Part shown: piece after piece, positions 1 to 13,133 of the stretch
How the letters are laid out: every line of letters starts with the position of its first letter
Numbering within the stretch: position 1 is the stretch's first letter
NCBI RefSeq assembly: GCF_006345805.1
Contig: NC_043004.1
Span: 79,422,001-79,486,000 of the forward strand
DNA from: Octopus sinensis
Taxonomy: Eukaryota
DNA: 64,000 bases
Reading direction: 5' to 3'
Notes under the pieces: generated by a model
Told to the model about the DNA's origin: nothing
The model's database searches: none
Seen by the model: the letters and a program-made list of their open reading frames with translations, nothing else
Program-made: the position numbers and the translations under genes

Positions 1-266
1 ACCCATAAAACCCCCAAATGAATCACTGAACATAAGATAATAAAACTGAATAATCATACTGTGTCCAACTGCTGACAAGAGATTGAGATGTGTTACCCTA
101 TGACAGTCTAGGAGTTAAAGACCTTTATCAAGGCTAAACTAGAATGATAACATGCAGGAACACTAATGATGCACCAAAGTATAATTTGCTATAATATTCT
201 ATGTAACATGTCCATAGGATTTTAGTCAATAGTATGTGATGTGAGGAATGTAAAACAATACATTAA

Positions 267-487
267 TCCTTTAGATACCAACCTGGCTGAAACCGCTTCT
301 GGCTTCTAGTACAAATGTCTTGTTTTCAAAAGTTCTGAATTAAAATCTTCCACCAAACCTTAGTCACAATTTATGTTCCTAACACTTGCTGAATGATAAA
401 TAAGCTATTTTACTAAATTCTTTGTTATATTTAAAAATAATTGAAAGGAACATATAGCATCTCAACAGGAATACGGTAACGAAAGGG
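267..487. mobile_element. piggyBac-like MITE (AT-rich family)
   Basis: TTAA on both sides (263-266, 488-491) and imperfect terminal inverted repeats (T/C)CCTTT...AAAGGG. Related copies near 1990-2196, 39080-39263, 47270-47600 and 49200-49701. Confidence 0.65.
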
Positions 488-1484
488 TTAAAACCTGTGA
501 TGGTTAACTGTTTCCTCTTTTTTTGTCGACAAACATACTCTATTGAGTCTTTTTACAATCTTAGTAACTGAGTATTCTCTTTAATTATCCACAAATACAT
601 TGCTTATAAACCCACCTAATCTTAATGGTTAAAGTAAACTGGATAGATCAGTTTGTATATTTAACACTTTCTTTAGTAGATTCAACACTAAATTACTAGT
701 GTACCTACAGGGTGGCATTTCATTGTTATAAAATACCACGGGACATATCTATAATCCATTATATGTGCTATAGAACATATCTACAGTGCATTATACCAGA
801 TAACATATCTATAGTATATAATATGTTCCATAGAAAAGCGTGCAGTGCCTAAATTTTTTTCTTGCATCAGAATGATTTCATGCAAGACGATTTTTCCATG
901 GATAAAGGAACCATGCACTTCAGAAAACACAATTAAATGCATGACATAAAATGTAATCGTTACATATATAATGCAGGCCCAGCAGACTATGATCATTATT
1001 AAAATAAAACTAAGATTTTTTCAAATGCATTCTTTCTGTGCAGCCCAGAATCAGATGATCCTTGGCATGCTACTGGTGTGCAGCCTGGTGGCTGTGGACT
1101 GCTACTACAGAAAATATCTACAGTACATTATATGATATAATGATATAATGAAATTATTGTATACAGTGCTCAGGTGCACCACAACTTGTCAGAAAGTGCA
1201 TATAAAGTACATGCAGTAATGTAGAAATGTCTGGAAAGCAAACAATGTATGAGTTGTTATATGTACCATAGAAATGTTATAGACTTTATAGGATTCATCT
1301 AATGGACTGCAGCAGTGTATTATCTAACACTACAACCAACTTAAACCTGGTCCTTAATCTAAACTTGTTTTCACTCCTTGGAAATTAAAGATGCCCAAAC
1401 TGATATAAATAGGTCTGACTATATTTATTCAACCCAGTTTGACACATTTTAAGATAGAAATATCGTTTAATGGTAGAATAACAA

Positions 1485-1718
1485 GAAGGCGGAGAGTTGG
1501 CAGAAACGTTAGCACACCGGGCGAAATGCTTAGCAGTATTTCATCTGACTCTACTTTCTGAGTTCAAATTCCGCCAAGGTCAACTTTGCCTTTCATCCTT
1601 TCGGGCTCGGTTAAATAAGTACCAGTTACTCACTGGGGTCGATGTAATCGACTTAATCCATTTGTCTGTCCTTGTTTGTCCTCTCTGTGTTTAGCCACTT
1701 GTGGGTAGTAAAGAAATA
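1485..1718 (+). mobile_element. tRNA-derived SINE, family A (MetaSINE-like central domain)
   Basis: A-box/B-box-like head (TGGCAGAAACGTTAG ... GAGTTCAAATTCC) and GCCTTTCATCCTTTCGGG...AAGTACCAG domain. Flanked by a 13-bp target-site duplication GGTAGAATAACAA (1472-1484, 1719-1731). Confidence 0.85.
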
Positions 1719-3379
1719 GGTAGAATAACAATTTAAACTGAAGAATTATCTCAGTAACATACAGATATGATTTCCAATCCTGTCGAGAGCAACATCCTTT
1801 CATTCACCAAAATCTATTAATATAATTAACATTGTGTCTCCATCTTTCTATCCCTCTGTCTCTCTGATATGCAGAGAGACAAGTCTATGAAGCTGCTATG
1901 AAGAAATCAGTAAAATAACTATCTTTATTATGCTTAGAACATAAACAGACATAAATTTTTTTTATGATAGATTTTAATTTAAAATCACTAATTCTTTTGT
2001 TAACCATATTTCTGATGAAATACAATATCTTTGCATGAATCAATTTTGAAAATAAGGAAGAATTTTAGTAAAATGGTGTTTGGAGCATAAATTAACATGA
2101 AATTTCAGTGAAAGTTTTAAATCTAGATCACTTTAAAACAGGAAGTGTATATCAGAGAAACCAGGGTTATCTCAGGTTGATTGATATCAAAAGGGTCCGA
2201 AGGAAGTTAGGAATATCAACAAACTACAGACAAATCCTAATCAAGTTGAACAAAGTTTGGTTGAGAGAAAACTTGATATCGTTACTGTTTGTTATTAAAA
2301 ATAGTAAATGTAAACAGGACATCATTTTGTATTTTATGAGCATTGAATATTTTTCAGAATAGAATTTATAAATAGAAGATAAGCAAAACAAAACAAAAGA
2401 AAAATATCTCATCATCACCATTATTATTATTGAGTGAGAGAGCAGTGCATTATTATTATATTATTATTATTAATATTATTATCATTATTATCAAGGCAAC
2501 ATGTTGACAGAACCATTAGTGCACCAGACAAAATGCTAAGCAGCATTTCGTCCATCTTTACATTCTGAGTTCAAATTCCACTGAGGTTGACTGTACCTTT
2601 CTTTCTTTTGGGGGTCGATTAAATAAGTACCAGTTAAGCATGTAACCGACTATTCCCCTCCCCCAAAATTTCTGGCCTTGTGTCTTTAGAAGAGAGAATT
2701 ATTCATCCTCATCATTATTTAATGCCTGGTCTTCCATGCATGCATGGGTAGGACAGTCGACAGGAGCCAGCCAGGTAGAAAACTACCCTGGGCTACTGCG
2801 TCTGTTTTGGCGGGGTTTTTATGGCTGGACACTCTTCCTAGCACCAACCACTCTGCAGTAAAATCCAGTCAATACAACCCATTGAACATGTATATTGATA
2901 TATTGATATATATATTTAACAAAACTACATCACGTCATCTCAGGGTCCCTGAGGGAAATTTGTAAAGTGGTTCAAGACAGCTTTCAGGTTATGAGGTTTC
3001 AGGTAAAACCTCAACTCTTTAAGGTTAACAGGCCCTGCTTTACCCAAGCAATATAAATAGCCCTGCCCTACGAAATAATACTTTAGTTTGGATTTTCTTA
3101 AACAGCTAGAACTTAATAGTTGCCAAGATGGTAATATAACAAAGACACATTCGAATGTTGTGAAGATAAGGCTGTTTTATCTGACTAAAAGGCATCCCAT
3201 TATCTTGGGAAATTATACTGAAACAAAAAAACAAAAAGAAAAAGTTTTCAATTACCTGGAGATGGTGATTCAAATGGAGTAGAATTTGATTTAAATAAAT
3301 TTATGTCTTTCATTAGTACACATAGTGGTTACATATGTAAGAAAACTCAAAGGATTGTACAGCTAGGAAAGCCATGGAG

Positions 3380-3810
3380 ATAGAGACAGACAGATAGACG
3401 GACTGAGAGATAGATGGACAGAGAGATAGATGGACAGAGAGATAGATGGATAGAGAGATAGATGGATAGAGAGATAGACGGATAGAGAGATAAACAGACG
3501 AGACAGATGAACAAAGAGACAGCCGGACAGAGAGACAGACGGACAGAGAGACAGACAAACAGGGAGACAGACGGACAGGGAGACAGACGGACAGGGAGAC
3601 AGACGGACAGGGAAACAGACGGACAGGGAAACAGACGGACAGGGAAACAGACGGACAGGGAGATAGACAGAAAGGGAGATAGATGGATAGGGAGATAAAT
3701 GGACTGATAGACGAACAGATAGACAGATAGACAAACAGACCGATAGATGGATAGACACACAAACAAATAGGATAGACAGACAGATAAAGAGAGGGAGAGA
3801 GAGAGAGAGA
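3380..3810. repeat. Compound (AGAC/AGAT/GGAC) micro/minisatellite with ~16-bp higher-order unit
   Basis: Directly visible tandem units such as GACAGGGAAACAGACG. Source of several spurious ORFs. Confidence 0.9.
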
Positions 3811-6191
3811 GTACTAAGAACCCTGATTAGTAAAAGTCAGAGAGGTGTCTGTGGTTCAATTCTCTACACCATCGGTCTATATTCTACGACAACGATTAAG
3901 GTGGTAGTGGAAAGAACCGAGAAGCAATTTTAATAGGTCAACATTTTAATGCTACACAGTCAGAACAGTTAACTTGTCTGCAGTTTCTTATCAGGAGGTT
4001 CAGTGATTAACAATAATTATTTTTGTATATTTATGAAAAAAAAAACTCGTTAGGACAACACAAATAGGTCAACTTTAAATTAGTTTGTTACAAATTACTT
4101 AGAACAGCTGAAATATTTCACTGTTGAATGAAATCCTACATAAAAGATAGCAAGAAGTAAAGTGAAAACTTTTGGCAGGATACGAGTATTTGATATGAAT
4201 ATTTACTGAATAGGGTAAAGAACATTTTCTTTTTTTTTTTTGTGACTGAAATTAGATGCTAAGCGAAAAAAGTACAGAAAACATAAAAATTAAAATTCCT
4301 TGGGGATTAGTCTAGACTTGAATAATTTGGGTTTCAGAAGAGTGCTGGTGTGGGCATTAGGGTTGTATGAAAGAAAATTTAAACTGAATACTTGGCAGGG
4401 AAACAGATATCCACTTGTTGATGCTTTGGTGGCGTGTTAACTAATGAAATAGAAGAGCCAACAAGGGAGCCTACATGTGGTTGTCCCAAATCCTAAAAAT
4501 AGCAGTAAATCTCCATAAAATTATAAGCCTGTTGTCTTGAAGAGAAAGAGATACATTGGATAATGTAGTCCTAGACAGGCAATGGCTGAGAGACAAGTAA
4601 AATGGTCAGGGCTGGAATGCCTTTGATCCTTAGTCTACTAAGTCAGGGTTGATGTGGGGCTAAATAACAACTACTCAATTGAATTTTATTGCCATTTATA
4701 ACATGTTGGTATTTTCATGAAACTGTGAAATAACATTCTAATTCTATATTGGTTGCATAGTTTGGATGAGTAACACCATTTCCTTATACTCTGACACTAA
4801 TAATTCACTATGGACATAGATTGAACGTTAATGCATAGGTTGCCGAGGAGTCTATATTCTCAAATTTAAATTTCTATGTTTTTAGGACTAACCTAGGATT
4901 GAACTCACAATACATTTTGAAATTATGTGGGGGTGCAAATATGATGGTTACAGAAAAGAGAATTCCAAGAAATGGAGTACCTGATGTACTTAGTGCTATT
5001 CATCAGGAACAAGTTTGAACTTCTGGCCTGACATCAGACTTTGTTTAAATTTTCAAGACAGCAAGGAGACATTATTGAGGAGGTGTCAAATGTTAACGTG
5101 AAAATTATCAAATGACCTTAGAATAAGATACGGGGTTGTAAAACAAAGCTGTCAGTACCATACTGAAGAAAACTATAAAGGCAGAAGTACAACAATTGTA
5201 GATGGAGGGAAATTATACTTAGTAAAATACTCAATTATAAACAATTTCATTAACAAATTTCAAGATGGTAAAAATCAAGTCAGGTCTGTTTTTGGAGCTT
5301 TTATGTTGTTGGGGCACCAAATTGTTTTTATCACTTGCTCCTCTCAGTCTTGAGGGGTTTTTTTATGAACCCAGGACCCAACCAATTTGGTATAGAATTA
5401 AATATTGGTGGAATTTTTATTCAAGTGTTCCGTGAGATTGGTAATCCTCATGGCACCTATCTCTTCTCCAAGACGTGCATGCTGTTGGCACTCAAGGTGA
5501 GCTTATTCACCTTTGACAGGTTTTCAAAGCATGTTGGATGTTCACACACCCAGCACTAGATAAACCTAATACAGAGCCAGTTTTAGTGAACAACCACTCA
5601 ACAATGAGCAGGTAGTGGATTACATGAGTACTAGTAGTAGATTTCTATAAGGCTGTGATAAATTGATCCGAAACTCTTATCACCATAGTCTTAACGTCCA
5701 CTTTCAAATGGAATTTATCAAGGCAGGTTTTCTATAGCTGGATGCTTTTCCTGTCATTAACCCTCACCTACTTCCAGGTACAGTGTTATTTCCCCCTGTA
5801 GTCGGATATCTTTTCACAGGAGACTGGAAATGAAGGACAGAGACACTCATAAACTATCAAACAATGTCAGGACACAAACACACATCAGAAGTTCAGTATG
5901 CTAAGTCTCATTACTAAACAGGCCTGTCTGGTTAATATAACAGTCAAATTAAATTTAGCGATACAACAATAAACTGAATATATACATTATTATATTATCA
6001 TATCAATAAATTTAATTTGATCGTTACATGAACCAGATATGCCTGTTTGGTAATGATACTCAAAATACTGAATGTGTTATTATATGGAAAGAACCCACCA
6101 CTAACGATAATATTGTTAAAAATTAAATTAACAAGTTTGTGTGTGTACACACACACATGTCCAAGACAAACACATGGAATTTTTTTTACTA

Positions 6192-6500
6192 CTAGCGAAC
6201 TGACGCGCATCCGCGCTAGCTAGTCGTAAGTAGTCGATCCTACAACGACTACCTAGCAAAGTAAATAAAACACAAAATAAATAATTTTTTTTGCGCAAAT
6301 TAAATAATTTTTGTTAAACAAAGTAAATAATTTTTTAAACAAAGTAAATAACACACAAAAACACAAAGTAAGGATCGACTAGTCATGACTAGCAAGCGCG
6401 GATGCGCGAGTACGCGAGAGCGCGCACCGGGATCACGCACAAATAACTCCAGTCGATAGCATATTCTACTTTGATTATGTGCCAGTGTGCGCGGGTGAGC
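6192..6500 (-). mobile_element. CpG-rich non-autonomous Helitron-like element
   Basis: Minus strand ends in a CGCG-GATG-CGCG hairpin followed by CAGTTCG-CTAG|T. A 38-bp inverted repeat (6204-6241 / 6371-6408) surrounds an AT-rich spacer. The 5' end is uncertain. Confidence 0.45.
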
Positions 6501-7562
6501 TAAAAATAGCAGCTAAACCTTCTTACCACACTATAAGCACGAAATACATTATACTTAAAAAGAAAAAAAAAGACCGATAGCAGTGAGTAGAATGTTCCCC
6601 ACCCACAATCATTCCTATCATAAATCTCTCTTTGTGACAAAAGGAATTAATTTAGAGAACGGCCAGGTTCCCATTTTCACTTTTTATAAAGTTTTGTTTA
6701 TCAAGAGTAGTCTCCCCTATACTGAATGGAAGACAGCGAATTGGCAGAATGAGGTCGACTTTGCCTTTCATCCTTTCGGGGTCGATAAATTAAGTACCAG
6801 TTACGGACTGGGGTCGATATCGACTTAATCCGTTTGTCTGTCCTTGTTTGTCTCCTCTGTATTTAGCCCCTTGTGGGTAGTAAAGAAATAGAAATTTCCT
6901 CCAGCTCTTGACGTTCTCAGTTCAAATTCCGCCGGGGTCGACCTTATCTTTCTTTCTTTCGTGGTCGATAAAATAACGTATCAGTTGATTACTGGAATCG
7001 ATGTAATCGACTAGACCCCCCCACCCCCGCCACCTGAAATTTCGGGCCTGTGCCTATAGCACAAAGATTATTATCGATGATTGAGAACAACGACAGCTGG
7101 GTAGATGCCAAACAACTCGACAGTGTTTCCAATTGGCCGGATATACAAATATAATTTCGAACTGATCCAGTAAGGCCTTCAACAATCTGACAGAAACTGA
7201 TATTTCCAGAATTCTTTTCAATAAATGGTTTTAATTTTTGGCACAAGGCCAGAAGGGTTAAATCGATTACATCGACGCCAGAACTCGATTGGTACATATT
7301 TGATCTACCCTGAAAGGATGAAAGGTGAAGTTGCCCTTAGTGATATTTGAACTTAGAAACACCAAGAGCAAACACCACAAAACATTTTGTCTGACATGCT
7401 AACGATTCTGCCATTTTGCCACTTAAATAATCCTTTCTGCTGTAGGCACAAGACCTGAAATTTCAGGGAAGGGAACAGGTCGATTGCGTCGACCCCAAAA
7501 GAATGAAAGGCAATGTTGACATCGGCGGAATTTTAACACTGAACATAAAGCCAGAAATATCG

Positions 7563-9336
7563 TTTTAGCATGTCAAGTGTATATAAGAAGATGAAGATGG
7601 TTTACCACAATAAATAAAATTTATTCAGAATAGATGGTATAAATACAGCTTTTTTTACATGATGTAAGAAATCAAATATCCACATGTCTTGGATCCTTTT
7701 AGATAACAAGAGCTAACTAGTCGTGAGACGAAATTGTAAAGGTAACAGAAACACGTGTGCAGTGTCGTGTGAGGTTTAGTCAGAAAATATGTTCAGTTCA
7801 TGGCTTGGGCTTACTGTAACAAATTCATTGCAGGTGTCAGCGAAGTTACTGGTCTTGTGAGATGATAAAGTTAGTTGCAGAACAAGTCGCCATGATAAAG
7901 CAGGAGAATGAGAGTAGTCTGAAATCTATTAGGCAGGCATCGTTATAACAACAGTAGTAAGAAGTTGGCTAGGCAAACGTCATTAGAACGACGGCGAGCT
8001 GGCAGAATCGTTAGCACGCCGGGCGAAATGCGCAGTGGTATTTCGTCTGCCACTACGTTCTGAGTTCAAATTCCGTCGAGGTCGACTTTGCCTTTCATCC
8101 TTTCGGGGTCGATTAAATAAGTACCAGTTACGCACTGGGGTCGATATAATCGACTTAATCCATTTGTTTGTCCTCTCTGTGTTTGGCCCCTTGTGGGTGG
8201 TAAAGAAATAGGTAACTGCATATGGTTTGTGGCCTTAGGCAGAAGAGAGATATTCATACTCCTGGTGTCGAAATGGCAAGATAAAGAGGAAAACCGCCCG
8301 AAATCACTGGAATAAATAGGTGTCAGCTGCCACACTACCTGGTGGCGTTTACCAACAAAGGGACGTACTTCAGCTATCCTTGCTACCTGGTGGTGTTTGC
8401 CACCAAAGGGACGTAATTCAGCTATCTTTACTGTGCTACATTATCCCCCTCCAAGACCAATGTTGGTAGCTTCTAGAATTTGTAGTAGAGTAGAGTAAGG
8501 CAATGGCACAAAAGGCAGAGGAAAGGAAAAAGAATGTAAAAACCTACTTTCTATCATCAGTGGGAAGAAAAATATCTGTTCCAACTTGTTGAGCAGAGAG
8601 AGTGGTCTCTGAATGGCTCAAAGTTAAAACTGGTAGTCTAAAGTACAAATCTAGGAAAGCAGGAATGTATTGATGTACAAGCAAAAGTTGCCAATAAAAA
8701 ATGCAGGAGCCAAAAATGGAAACATCCAAGACATGATGAAGCAAGGAGAAATACTTTGAGAAGTTTGTTCTTCAGTGAGAAAACCAGTCCATCCAACTGG
8801 TACAAAACAAAAAAGACATTGAGTGGGAAAATTCTAGTCAAAGCGAGGTGAATGGCACTGGTGCACATCTGTGAAAGTAGAAATTACAGCAGTGCTTGCT
8901 GTTTCTGATGCAATTCCACCAGCCGAAGCTGTGCATCAAAGACACAGGAAGCAAGGAGAGATGATCTAATACGAGTGCAGTTCAGTGCTGTAAAATGAAC
9001 CAGAGTTGAGCTGGTGAAATGAGCTGGCATCACAGGGCTGTAAAAACTCAGTAAGTTGAAGCAGTGAGTTGATCCAGTTGATAAAAATTGGAGGCCATCT
9101 TCGATGTAGTGTTCAAATGGTGGCAAGCAGAAAAATTAAACCTGAGTGAAGCCAGGTCTGTGTGTTTTGGCAAGCATATATGTTTGTGTTCTGTTTCTGA
9201 AGGCAAAAGTATCTTTCGTTAGCGGGTGAGACTTCTTTCGTTGGGATCACCACTTTTAGCATAGTGACTGGAACCTTGCTACCTGGTGGTATTTGCCAGC
9301 AAAGGGACATAATTCAGCTATCCTCGCTATGCTACA
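7563..9336 (-). mobile_element. Internally deleted LTR retrotransposon relic (Gypsy-like)
   Basis: Direct repeats starting TGTAGCA at 9336 and 8440 on the minus strand. PBS-like TGGTGATCCCAACG (9252-9239) and polypurine tract GGAGGGGGATAA (8452-8441). Decayed gag-like sequence between. The longer LTR appears interrupted by a SINE; the left boundary is approximate. Confidence 0.6.
7991..8212 (+). mobile_element. tRNA-derived SINE, family A
   Basis: Full-length, CpG-retaining copy closely matching 1485-1718 and 46565-46793. Confidence 0.85.
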
Positions 9337-10130
9337 CTGTTAAGCATGTTGCTCGACACATGAAGGATTCTGCCAGCTCAATGCCGGAATGGTTTCAAAT
9401 TTTGGCACAAGGCCAGCAATTTCGGGGGAGGGGGAAGTTGATTACATCGACCCCAGTGCCAAACTCATACTTTTTCCACTGACCCCAAAAGTACGAATTG
9501 AAACGAAAACATAAAGATCCAAAAGAAAAGTCGCTAAGCATTTTTCTGACACGCTAACAATAACATAAAAGTAAATGTTTGTCGGTCACATGAAAATCAG
9601 ATCTCTCAGCCAACCGGTACTCATAAAAAAAAATGTGTTGGTAATTGGTAGTGCGAATTTGTGTTAATTAACTGCCATTAAAAGAAAGTTTCTGCTGCAT
9701 CTAAGACGGATCGTTGCTTCTCAAAGTGCAATACAGCTGTTTCAAAGCATTTTACTGAAATTACAGTATATTTCATCAGGATAATAAAATCTTCTTTGCT
9801 TAAATCATATTTATATTTCTTCTTATTTCTTTCATTTCTACTATGTTCAGAATATTAATGGTAACAATGATATATTCTCTCTCTCTATGTCTTTATATCC
9901 TTGTGTTCCTGTCTGTTGAAGAGCGTGGGCTCGAAACGTGAAAAAATTTCTCACCTTCCTGACCATCAGACTGATACACCTGTCTTCATCTTTTGTTTTT
10001 CTGTAAAATTTCAACTCTCTCTCATGAGTTTTGTAAGGTGTTGAGGCAATTTGAAAGGTGGTGTTCTGGAAAATTCAGTTATCCAGCAATGTTCCAGTTC
10101 CAGTGGTGTCAGATAGAAGGGGGTTTACTC

Positions 10131-10420
10131 ACCATCATCATTGTCGTTTAACATCCGCTTTCTATGCTGGCATGGGTTGGACAGTTTGACTGAGGACTGG
10201 CAAGCCAGAAAGCTGCACCAGGCTCCAATCTGATCTGGCAGTGTTTCTACAGCTGGATGCCCTTCCTAATCCCAACCACTCCAAGAGTGTAGTGGGTGCT
10301 TTTATGTGCCACTGGCATGAGGGCCAGTCAGGCAGTACCAACGACCACACTCAAGTGGTGTTTTTTACGTGCCGCCTGCACAGGAGCCAGTCCGGTGGCA
10401 CTGGCAACGACTATGCTTGA
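10131..10420 (-). mobile_element. RTE-LINE 3'-tail family (family C) copy
   Basis: Reverse complement of the GGAAGGGCATCCAGCTGTAG...CAACCCATGC...(GAT)n tail that ends the RTE element at 22350-22495. Confidence 0.75.
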
Positions 10421-11554
10421 ATGTTACTGTATGTTTTATCTTCTTAATGGCTTCTCAAACCATTGATTGAAATAATTTCAGCTTCTTTAAATGCTGTGTC
10501 AACAAGCCCCAACAATCATTGATCATTCACTCCCTCGTGTTCCTCATTCTTTCAGTAAGACCTCAAAGTGTCTTGTGTACACCCAGCTTCTTCATTTCAG
10601 TTTTAACTAGTCTTAACTAGTTCAAAGTTTTGTCAAATGAACTTTGTTCGCTCCTTCTGATGTTGTTAAGGTTTTCTGATGAGTTATTCCCAACGTTAAC
10701 CTATCTCCAACAGAGATCTTCACCATTCCTCTACGGAACTACATTGCTGCAGAATTGATTAAATATTTGCCTTTACTTTTATATAACCTGCAATATCAGC
10801 AAATACAAACTTGTTTACCAATTCAAATATGCTTGATGCATATTCGAATCAGTAAGAAAACCATACAGACATATTTTGTCATGGAAAAATTTTCTCAGTG
10901 TAGACAGACAGGTGTAAATGTAGGTTCTACGTAAGCCTCTAGAAGGCTCCCACTTTTATTGATAACTGATGTTAATTTGACAAAATAATGCAACACTCAC
11001 AGTAATAACTAGTGTTCTTTCTCTCTCTCTTTCAATTGTGCAGGCACACGAGCACGCATCCACTCACACACAGAAGTGCAGATGGCAACCTACAAATGCT
11101 TGCGCACACACCACTACACACACTCACTATTTATATATATATATATATATGTAAACAGTGAGTGTTGCAGTGAGAGAAATAGAGAGATAATGACCTAGTC
11201 TAGAAAGTTATCAGTAATTTACGATCCTTAAACATATTCTGATAAGCTTACAACAGCAAGTACTAGAAAATTTTCCTAACACAGCCCAGTCTATCTGCTT
11301 CCCTTTGTTGAGAAAGTTATGATCGTATCACAGAGGCAAATTTCATACACCCAACTTTATGTGTGTCAGCCACTGACACCACTATCTCTCTCGTGTTATC
11401 TTGTTTTCTTTATGGGTTACATGTCCATGTGTTGTGCTGAAGACAACACAAGAGATCATTCATTTAGAAATGGTACCAGCCTTCCAGTTTGGTGGAAGCC
11501 ATAATACACTCATCTGGTCAGTATCATGATAGGAAGGGCAGCCATTTATCTTTT

Positions 11555-11930
11555 ACCTTGTACTTGTTTCAGTCATTAGACTGTGGCCATGCTGGGGCAC
11601 CACCCAAAGGAATTTTAGTCGAATGAATTGACACAAGTACTTTTTCCCCCCCAAAGCCTGGTTTCTTATTTTATTGGTGTCTTTTGCTGAACCGCTACAT
11701 TACAGGGATGTAAACACACCAACACTGGTTGTCAAGCAGCGGTGAGGGACAAACACACACACACACCACACACATACATGACGGGCTTCTTTCAGTTTCC
11801 ATCTACCAAATTCACTCACAAGGCTTTGGTTGGCCCGAGGCTACTGAAAAAGACACTTGCCCAAGGAGCCATGTAGTGGGTCTGGACCCAGAACCATGTG
11901 GTTGGGAAGCAAGCTTCTTACCACATGACC
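11555..11930 (-). mobile_element. tRNA-derived SINE, family B (CORE-like)
   Basis: Minus-strand head GTGGTAAGAAGCTTGCTTCCCAACCACATGGTTC..., CCTTGGGCAAGTGTC motif and internal (GT)n. Many copies in the window. Confidence 0.75.
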
Positions 11931-13133
11931 ACTCAGAAAAACCTTTCAAATTGAAATTTCTGCAGTGACAATTTGACCTGTTAAAAATAGCAGCCAATTC
12001 TTCCTAATACTCTAGAATCCCATCCTAAAACAGAATATACAAACTGGATTAGAAAGATCTAGATACAATGTCTGGGGGATGGAGTGAAGGTCCAGATAGG
12101 ATTCCCTTTCTTTGTAGGTCTTCTAGCAAAAGAGTGACCTAGGGTTAAATGATTCCAGCCAAATCCTTGAAATGTAACCATCATACAAATGCCATTTGAG
12201 CAACCAAGTAAGAGAATCTGTATGTGGTTGTTTGACCGTCTAAATGTAGCAGCTAATTTTCCCTCAGATCACATCAGACCATGCAAGAAAGAAGAAAAAG
12301 CTAGGAGGAAAGCAACATTGGATGATGTAGACACTTTGTCAGAAAAAGATAAAGATTGGATAGTCATGGCTTCTGCATGATAAGGAGTGACCTAAGGTTA
12401 AACAATAAAACTATAAATAGGAGAAAGATGGAACGAGAAGATTGGGCCCGGCTGTTTCGGTGCTAATGGTTTGGCATGGCTGATTGGACATTCAGTCTGT
12501 TTAACACACACACACAGACAGACACATATACACACACATAAGTGCCCAGATATATAGGGGAGGAGGAGGACAGAGGGAAAAGATATAACACATTCATGCA
12601 GACATAACTAGATGCAGAGAGAGAGAGGGAGAGAGAGAGAGAGAGGAAGATGAAGAGAAAGAGGAGAAAATGTCTGCTGCCAAGTAAATCAGCATTGAGT
12701 CAGCAATGCCAAGGGGACAGTGCCAAAATGTCTCAGACCAGGAAATACGATCTCTACAGCATTATCTTGTTTTTATTATTGATCTCTAATCTCTTATCTG
12801 AATCTGTCTGTGTGTCCATGAAAGTTATTTACACTATTTATCTTTTACTTGTTTCAGCCATTAGACTGCAGCCATGCTGGGGCAGTGATTTGAAGAATAT
12901 TTTCTTTTTGCTCAATGACTCGATCTCAGTATTAATTTTTTAAAGCCTGGTACTTATTCTATCAGTGTCTTTGGCTGAACTGCTAAGTTACAAGGGACAT
13001 AAACACACCAATGCCAGTTGTCAAGCGGTGGTGGAAGACAAACAGACGCAAAGACACACACAAAGACAGTCAGACAAACACACATACACATGCATGTGTG
13101 TGTGTCTGTGTGTACCTTTGTATCTGTCTTTGA

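Noticed and set aside
3256-3306. Possible 51-nt minus-strand exon (INLFKSNSTPFESPSP) with CAG|GTAAT donor
   Set aside because: Weak acceptor, phase incompatible with the phase-0 donor at 17093, and no resemblance to the expected next ORP9 exon (..IKH.IVLLQIAK), which I could not find in 1-17092.
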